Shown: one piece after another, positions 1 to 5,000 of the stretch
Numbering within the stretch: position 1 is the first letter of the stretch
Layout: every line of letters starts with the position of its first letter
Assembly (NCBI GenBank): GCA_905331515.1
Contig: CAJNZC010000789.1
Coordinates: forward strand, 49,854 to 54,853
DNA from: Rotaria sp.
Lineage: Eukaryota
Direction of reading: 5' to 3'
Length of the DNA: 5,000 bases
The notes under the pieces: generated by a model
Told to the model about the DNA's origin: nothing
Seen by the model: the letters and a program-made list of their open reading frames with translations, nothing else
The model's database searches: none
Translations under genes and position numbers: made by a program

Positions 1-180
1 GCATGTGAATGTGTGTAGGCCTAGAAGTGATGGCCTCATTATTGATGACAGTAATGATAACACTCGCAATCGCAACTCGACACCGATCCCACAGTTACAC
101 TCAGACACTCAGAGACACAATCACGGGTGTGGGTAAGGATGCTAGTCTTGACTCAACCTACACCAGCAACCAGACCATCA

Positions 181-310
181 CAGCCACAGCCACAGCCACA
201 GCCACACCCACACACCCACACCCACACCCACGCCCACACCCACACCCACACCCACACCCACACCCACCCCCACACCCCACCCCCCCACCCCACACCCACA
301 CCCACACCCT
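181..310. repeat. Hexanucleotide tract: (CAGCCA)4 passing into (CACCCA)n; minus strand reads (TGTGGG)n
   Basis: CAGCCA at 181-204. Exact CACCCA at 205, 213, 219, 225, 237, 243, 249, 255 and 261, with CGCCCA at 231. A degenerate C-rich stretch spans 267-292, then CACCCA resumes at 293 and 299. Confidence 0.95.
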
Positions 311-322
311 TTCCGAGTAACT

Positions 323-414
323 GGTAACGGGACGTTACCGTTCCCGGGTAACTGGTATCTATTCCGTTATCTGTTATCGTTACCGTTCCCGGATAACGGT
401 CTGGAAACGGTAAC
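323..414. repeat. Cluster of short direct and inverted repeats built on GTTACCG / CGGTAAC
   Basis: 15-bp direct repeat CGTTACCGTTCCCGG at 333-347 and 378-392. Inverted pairs: GGTAAC 323-328 with GTTACC 334-339; CCGTTATC 364-371 with GATAACGG 392-399; GTTACCGTT 379-387 with AACGGTAAC 406-414. Confidence 0.85.
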
Positions 415-530
415 TTCCGACCCCTAATTATACCTCATTCAAACATATTATTTGAAAATAGTTTCATCCAACATAGCTCAAAGATGCTATTTTCCAATCT
501 ATTCTCTAGATTATCTTTTCAGTTCTTAAA

Positions 531-2744
531 ATGCCTTGGAATTATTGGAATTGGGTTTATTGTAGTGTTTTCATTAGTCTTAGTATCGTTTTAATTACAT
601 TTTTCATTTTGGTTATTTTACTGCGTTATTTTGATGATGTATTCTTCAGTGCTGTTGCTAAGCTTTTCAACGTTGAACGTTGTATTATTGATATACATCA
701 TCAAATTATTCCAAATTCAACATTTAATTTCTCGAGTGCTGGCAAAGTAAAAACTACAAAATCTGTTTCTGGAATTTTGTCTTTCTGCGGAATATGTACT
801 GGTGAAGCATCTGACACAAGCGCCGGACGTGAGCAATTGCCTAATTCAACATTGTCTGAAATAAATGACATTAAGCAGTTTCTCTGGGATATCGAGCGCA
901 ACATTATCCCTGAACTTAGAAATTTTACTAATTCAATACTATCACGGAAACATGAAATCGCACAGCTTCTCGAAAGTAACGAGAATAATATTAGTGCCAG
1001 GCTAAGAAAATTAGTCAGTTTAGCACTCTTACCAAAAAATGACATCAAACAGTCTTTCCAGGATATCGAGAACAACTTTTGCGACAGACTTCGAGAATTA
1101 ACCAGCACAAAATTGTCACCAAAAATGACAGCACAGTCTCTCCAAAATATTGAGGACAACGTTAGGGACGAACTTAGGCAATTGGCCAATTTAACACTGT
1201 CACCAATAAATGACATCACACAGTTACTCCAGGATATCGAGGCAAACGTTGGAATCGAACTTGAACGATTGGCCAGTTTAATACGATCACGAATAAATGT
1301 TGTCACACAGCTTCTCCAGGGTATCGAGGGCAAAGTTAGCGAGAGACTTGGACAATTGACTACTTCATCACTATTATCAATAAATGGTATCACACAGTTT
1401 CTTCATGATAGCAAAAACCACATGGATGCCACACTTAAACAATTGATCGATTCAACACTATCACAACAAAATAGCAGTACAAAGTCTTTCCAGCATTTCG
1501 AGAACAACGCTACTGCCAGAATTAGGCAATTGGCCAGTTCGACAGTATTACAACAAAAGGGCATCATACAGTCTTTCCAGAATATCGAGAACAACTTTAG
1601 CAATGAACTTAGAAAATTGATCAATTTACCACTGTCACCAAATAATGACATCGCACAGTCCTTTGGGGATATTGAGAACAACTTTTGTATCGAACTTCAC
1701 AAATTGGCCAGTTCAACACTTTCAGAGAAAAATGATATCACACAGGCTCTCCGGGACATCGAGAAGAACTTTACCGACGAACTTAGAGAGTTAATCGATT
1801 TAGCTTTGTCACCAATAAATGACATCACAAAATTTGGCCAAGATATCGAGGAGAACTGTAGAAAGACTCTTGGTCAATTTAAAAATTTAATATCTTCATT
1901 GGAAAATAAACGAATAACAGAAAACTTTCAACATCCTCAGTCGGACTCAAAATATGAACGGCCAGTATTGAACATGTATGGGAAGTTCCTTTCTTTCAAT
2001 AAACCAATAAATAAAGCGTTTTTAGTAATCTTAACTACAATTATTATCTCGGCTGCTCTTACTGCTGTTTTCGGTAATATTTTCCTAGCCACTACTACTG
2101 TTTATCGAGACGGTCCATGTCCTAATTATGGTCCAATGGAATGCTACTGTGGTGACAATCATACATACTTTGATTGCATTGTTGGTGAAATTGTCAACTG
2201 TCCAGTCGATTTTATCAGTGGAACATGCTTTCGCTGGATTATACGTGACGTGACAACATCGGATCTGACGACACAAATTGGCATTACTGCAGGATTATTG
2301 ACTGCTTTGGGAGCTATTGCTGAATGTCTAATACGTCTATACCTTTATGTACTTAACAAGCGCTTAGGTGTATCAATCGGTATAGCTCGTATTTTGGCTA
2401 AAACTGTTGGTATCAATACAACAACTGCTCCAAGCCCCTGTTGGTGCTGTCATTTATCTTGCCGTTGTAGTTTTCTCAACCTATGCCAGTACAAACATCC
2501 GTATATAGTTGTAATAGTAACATTTGTTTACATTTTGGTACCGGTGTTGCTTGTTCCAGGCATTGCCCTCCTATATCACTTTGAATTAACTGTAACATTA
2601 TTAACCTTCGTTTTTCTGATCACATTTGCGTTGGTCTGTGTTGTGGGTTTGTCATGGATAGCAATACAGGACGACGAAACAAGCGCCAATGTATCAGCTG
2701 GATGGGAGGACATAACAAAAGCCATCAGTGCTTTTCAAAACTAA
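531..2744 (+). CDS. Uncharacterised multi-pass membrane protein with about 12 tandem 29-aa helical repeats and a C-terminal 4-TM, Cys-rich module
   Basis: 737-codon ORF, ATG at 531 with A at -3 (ttaaaATGc) and TAA at 2742-2744. It has internal in-frame 87-nt repeats whose amino-acid pattern is maintained despite nucleotide divergence, plus well-formed hydrophobic segments and clustered cysteines. No family recognised. A small upstream exon cannot be excluded. Confidence 0.85.
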   Translation: MPWNYWNWVYCSVFISLSIVLITFFILVILLRYFDDVFFSAVAKLFNVERCIIDIHHQIIPNSTFNFSSAGKVKTTKSVSGILSFCGICTGEASDTSAGREQLPNSTLSEINDIKQFLWDIERNIIPELRNFTNSILSRKHEIAQLLESNENNISARLRKLVSLALLPKNDIKQSFQDIENNFCDRLRELTSTKLSPKMTAQSLQNIEDNVRDELRQLANLTLSPINDITQLLQDIEANVGIELERLASLIRSRINVVTQLLQGIEGKVSERLGQLTTSSLLSINGITQFLHDSKNHMDATLKQLIDSTLSQQNSSTKSFQHFENNATARIRQLASSTVLQQKGIIQSFQNIENNFSNELRKLINLPLSPNNDIAQSFGDIENNFCIELHKLASSTLSEKNDITQALRDIEKNFTDELRELIDLALSPINDITKFGQDIEENCRKTLGQFKNLISSLENKRITENFQHPQSDSKYERPVLNMYGKFLSFNKPINKAFLVILTTIIISAALTAVFGNIFLATTTVYRDGPCPNYGPMECYCGDNHTYFDCIVGEIVNCPVDFISGTCFRWIIRDVTTSDLTTQIGITAGLLTALGAIAECLIRLYLYVLNKRLGVSIGIARILAKTVGINTTTAPSPCWCCHLSCRCSFLNLCQYKHPYIVVIVTFVYILVPVLLVPGIALLYHFELTVTLLTFVFLITFALVCVVGLSWIAIQDDETSANVSAGWEDITKAISAFQN
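561..623 (+). other. Predicted N-terminal transmembrane segment (or signal anchor) of the 531..2744 product
   Basis: CSVFISLSIVLITFFILVILL: about 21 uninterrupted hydrophobic or small residues. Confidence 0.8.
840..1880 (+). repeat. Coding tandem repeat: 12 units of 29 aa (87 nt), consensus about xxSTLSPxNDITQSxQDIExNFxDELRxL
   Basis: Unit starts read directly: 840, 927, 1014, 1101 (84 nt), 1185, 1272, 1359, 1446, 1533, 1620, 1707, 1794. Examples: VSLALLPKNDIKQSFQDIENNFCDRLREL, ANLTLSPINDITQLLQDIEANVGIELERL, ASSTLSEKNDITQALRDIEKNFTDELREL. A degenerate 13th unit may begin at 1881 (KNLISSLENKRITENFQ). Confidence 0.93.
2016..2090 (+). other. Predicted transmembrane segment 2
   Basis: AFLVILTTIIISAALTAVFGNIFLA. 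Confidence 0.8.
2118..2228 (+). other. Cys-rich loop (six cysteines) between TM2 and TM3
   Basis: CPNYGPMECYCGDNHTYFDCIVGEIVNCPVDFISGTC: six Cys in 37 aa plus an N-H-T sequon, compatible with a disulfide-bonded, glycosylated extracytosolic loop. Confidence 0.6.
2280..2354 (+). other. Predicted transmembrane segment 3
   Basis: GITAGLLTALGAIAECLIRLYLYVL, with embedded E, C and R. Confidence 0.65.
2439..2486 (+). other. Short cysteine cluster between TM3 and TM4
   Basis: CWCCHLSCRCSFLNLC: six Cys in 16 residues. Confidence 0.6.
2502..2576 (+). other. Predicted transmembrane segment 4
   Basis: YIVVIVTFVYILVPVLLVPGIALLY. Confidence 0.8.
2586..2666 (+). other. Predicted transmembrane segment 5
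   Basis: LTVTLLTFVFLITFALVCVVGLSWIAI. Confidence 0.8.
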
Positions 2745-3396
2745 CAAACACTTCACCACAGTCAAAACCGAACGATGAGCAGGCTTCCTAAGATATAATA
2801 CAGTCGTAACTTTGACATATTTTTTTATTATTTCAAGAATTGGGACAGCTAGAGAGTTCAATCAAATACTGTTCAACGCAACTTATCTTACTCCATCTAT
2901 TCTATAAAAACGAAATTGTTTGGTTGAAATCTTGAGCTCCTAGAAATATTTTTCTATCATTAACGCCGTTAGGTAACAGGACCCTAAATTTGTGTGCATA
3001 GCTTTAGCTCTAACTATCGCGAAAGGAGGACTACAAATGAAATACTTTTACAACAAAATTTATATAGAATCAAACGATCTTTACAAAGGTAATTTGTTAT
3101 TCTAACTTTGTTTATACTTGTGTCAAAAAACAAAGAGAAAAGAACGTAACGCTGTTGCACCTTTTTTTTTGGAAGTAAATTGTTATATTATTTTTATTCG
3201 GTGTAGGTTCGTCTGAATCAACTGTTTTACTTCTAACGGCATGTCACTACAACTCTTATCACTAAAGGTCGCGTCTGCATCCACAGATACATGATAGGTA
3301 TCTTTCAAGGTCGAGCATTTGAGCTGAGTATTCCATTTTTGACGTTTTCACTGATAAGTTTCTTCCTACTATTTTTCAGTTCATCTTTTTTCCAAG

Positions 3397-3419
3397 CTCA
3401 ATCAATAAAACTTTGATTG
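3397..3419. repeat. Short inverted repeat (8-bp arms, 7-nt loop) overlapping an AATAAA
   Basis: TCAATCAA (3397-3404) / TTGATTGA (3412-3419), with AATAAA at 3403-3408. Function not established; it could be chance in AT-rich DNA. Confidence 0.35.
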
Positions 3420-4809
3420 ATGCAATGTTTTTCTATTCTTTCTCTACTACCTTAATACACTGAGATAGTTGAAAACGAATAGACTAAAAATAGTACCCGA
3501 TATCAAGCTTTCGCAACAGGATTACGTATATGTACTCCAAGATGTAATTATTTTCGAAACAAAGCGTAGTGCATCAGGATTGCTATGGAAAGCTAGCAAT
3601 AGCCCACTAGTTTATTGTCTATTGTTCCATACGTAGCTTATCGACAATTTAAAAGAGACCCTACTTCTTAATGCTGTTACCACAGTATTGATCAAGTATT
3701 ATTTCAAGAATATCTGCGTGGAAGAAGCGACAAGAGTTCATTCTGTCGTTGAAATAAAGATTGCATTTGATAGTTTACCAAACATTTGACAGCAAAAGTT
3801 TGGAGTCTGACATGAATTGGCATGATCTGTTTTGAAAAAGGACAGATAGAACTGTATATGGAGCGATATGACAATCAGTATTAAGTGTCAACACTTTTAG
3901 AGGCTCATAGAAATATATTTTTTCCGATGAACAAAATACAATTTCTTACACTTTTAAGTATGCTCCACAAGATAGTAGCAACGTTGCTTTTTTAAATTTT
4001 GAAGTAAATACTCAATGTTTGAATTGGCACGTTGCCTGAACAAGCCGGAGAACTACTTACAGAAAAATTAAGTATTGTCTAGCTAATATGTAATTTGAAC
4101 TTTGAAAATATCAGCGTGATTGGGTGAGCGTACGATATGCATACATGAGCATGTATTTCTATGAGATATTTCTTTTCAATCATAGAAACGAACACAAAGA
4201 TTGCCATTTGACATCCATGATAGCGCACACGCAGAATAGTGATCCATTTTCAATTATCACCAGTCACATCATTTTAACTGATTTAAGATTGAGAAAGTTA
4301 CGGCAATCGACCGTAATAACTGTTACAAGAACTTCTTGACTTCGAAAGAACCGCGCAGTACTCATAAACGGGTCATTTACAAGGTTTTCCTGTGTGCCTA
4401 CGACCGTCATCATTACTCGGACAATTGCATTCCTACACCAAATTCAGAATCAATGATTACAACTACACTCACATGCAAGTGAACATATCCATCTATATCA
4501 TATACAAACACCTTCAATAGATCCGCACACCTTCGAAATGCAATTCTACTATCCGCACACTCATATCTTCGGTCTCCGCCGACGCCTATTTCCCAATATT
4601 TTTATTTCAAAATATTTCTCTTGAATAAGACAATAAACCAGAGTTTCATTTTTTAACCTTAGATTGATTTATGCAACTGGCTTTCTTCATGGTTATGCAG
4701 AAACTTTTGTACGTTATCAAAACTTCGAACGTTGTTATCCTTGGAAACTCCGCCCAGGCATATTCATGAAATGAGTCACAAGATGAAGTTTACTTCGCAA
4801 CAGAGATGT

Positions 4810-4896
4810 CCATCGCGGCGCTGCCGCGCCGCCGCCGCTGCCGCTGCCACGGTGGCGGTGGCGGCGCGGCAGCGGCAGGTTTTAAAAAAAAATCAC
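4810..4896. repeat. Diverged left edge of the GC-rich satellite containing an imperfect inverted repeat or orientation switch
   Basis: CCATCGCGGC at 4810-4819 matches the unit junction at 4977-4986. CTGCCGCGCCGCCGCCGCTGCCGCTGCC (4821-4848) is then roughly the reverse complement of GGTGGCGGTGGCGGCGCGGCAGCGGCAG (4851-4878). Confidence 0.75.
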
Positions 4897-5000
4897 CGCG
4901 GCAGCGGCGCGGTAGCGGCAGATTTTTTTAAAAGTCATCGCGGCAGCGGCGCGGTAGCGGCAGGTTTTTTAAAAAACCATCGCGGCAGCGGCGCGGCAGC
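4897..5000. repeat. GC-rich tandem satellite, 42-bp period, truncated by the window end
   Basis: 25-bp core CGCGGCAGCGGCGCGGTAGCGGCAG starts at 4897 and 4939 (identical) and again at 4981 (CGCGGCAGCGGCGCGGCAGC...). Spacers are about 17 bp, e.g. GTTTTTTAAAAAACCAT. Confidence 0.92.

Noticed and set aside
9-320. 103-aa + ORF (MCVGLEVMASLL...HTHTLSE)
   Set aside because: About 45 residues are the translation of the CA-rich hexamer tract (TATATA.../HPHPHP...). The upstream part shows no domain, so the open frame is explained by a stop-free simple repeat.
127-327. 66-aa + ORF of His/Pro/Thr repeats
   Set aside because: An alternative frame of the same simple repeat (HTHTHT...PPPHPTPTP); low complexity only.
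701-1393. 230-aa minus-strand ORF
   Set aside because: Antisense shadow of the coding repeat array. The 87-nt period is a multiple of 3, so one stop-free antisense unit is replicated. The sense frame is much longer and has coherent protein features.
1403-1681. 92-aa minus-strand ORF
   Set aside because: Same antisense frame as the 701..1393 ORF continued past a stop, with the same explanation.
840-1880. CRISPR-like interpretation of the regular repeats
   Set aside because: The repeats are directly adjacent 87-nt coding units with no unique spacers and are conserved as protein, so this is an intragenic tandem repeat.
2085-2276. 63-aa minus-strand ORF
   Set aside because: Short antisense frame inside the well-supported membrane-protein CDS, with no independent evidence.
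4124-4339. 71-aa + ORF (MSVRYAYMSMYFYEIFLFNHRNEHKDCHL...)
   Set aside because: Length is within chance expectation for this composition; no recognisable motif, repeat or supporting signal.
4595-4616. AATATTTT / AAAATATT inverted repeat
   Set aside because: 8-bp arms made entirely of A/T in AT-rich DNA, with no T-tract or gene context, so likely chance.
4897-5000. CRISPR-like interpretation of 25-bp cores with 17-bp spacers
   Set aside because: The spacers are near-identical T/A runs rather than unique sequences, and the context looks eukaryotic, so it is a 42-bp satellite.

Overview
Apparently eukaryotic, AT-rich window with low-complexity DNA at both ends. The one well-supported gene is an intronless-looking ORF at 531..2744 (+, 737 aa). 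It encodes an uncharacterised membrane protein: an N-terminal hydrophobic segment, 12 consecutive tandem 29-aa repeats (87 nt each, one copy shortened by one codon), then a C-terminal module with four further hydrophobic segments and two six-cysteine clusters. I cannot assign it to a named family. On the left, a (CAGCCA)n tract passes into a (CACCCA)n tract, whose opposite strand reads (TGTGGG)n, the telomeric repeat reported for bdelloid rotifers. This is followed by about 110 bp of GTTACCG/CGGTAAC direct and inverted repeats. On the right, a GC-rich 42-bp tandem satellite (25-bp core plus a T/A-run spacer) has an apparent orientation flip and runs off the window end. The region 2745..4809 has no convincing gene. 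Taxon assignment (possibly bdelloid rotifer) is inference only. I see no CRISPR, rRNA, tRNA or recognisable transposase or polymerase, and no multi-gene system.
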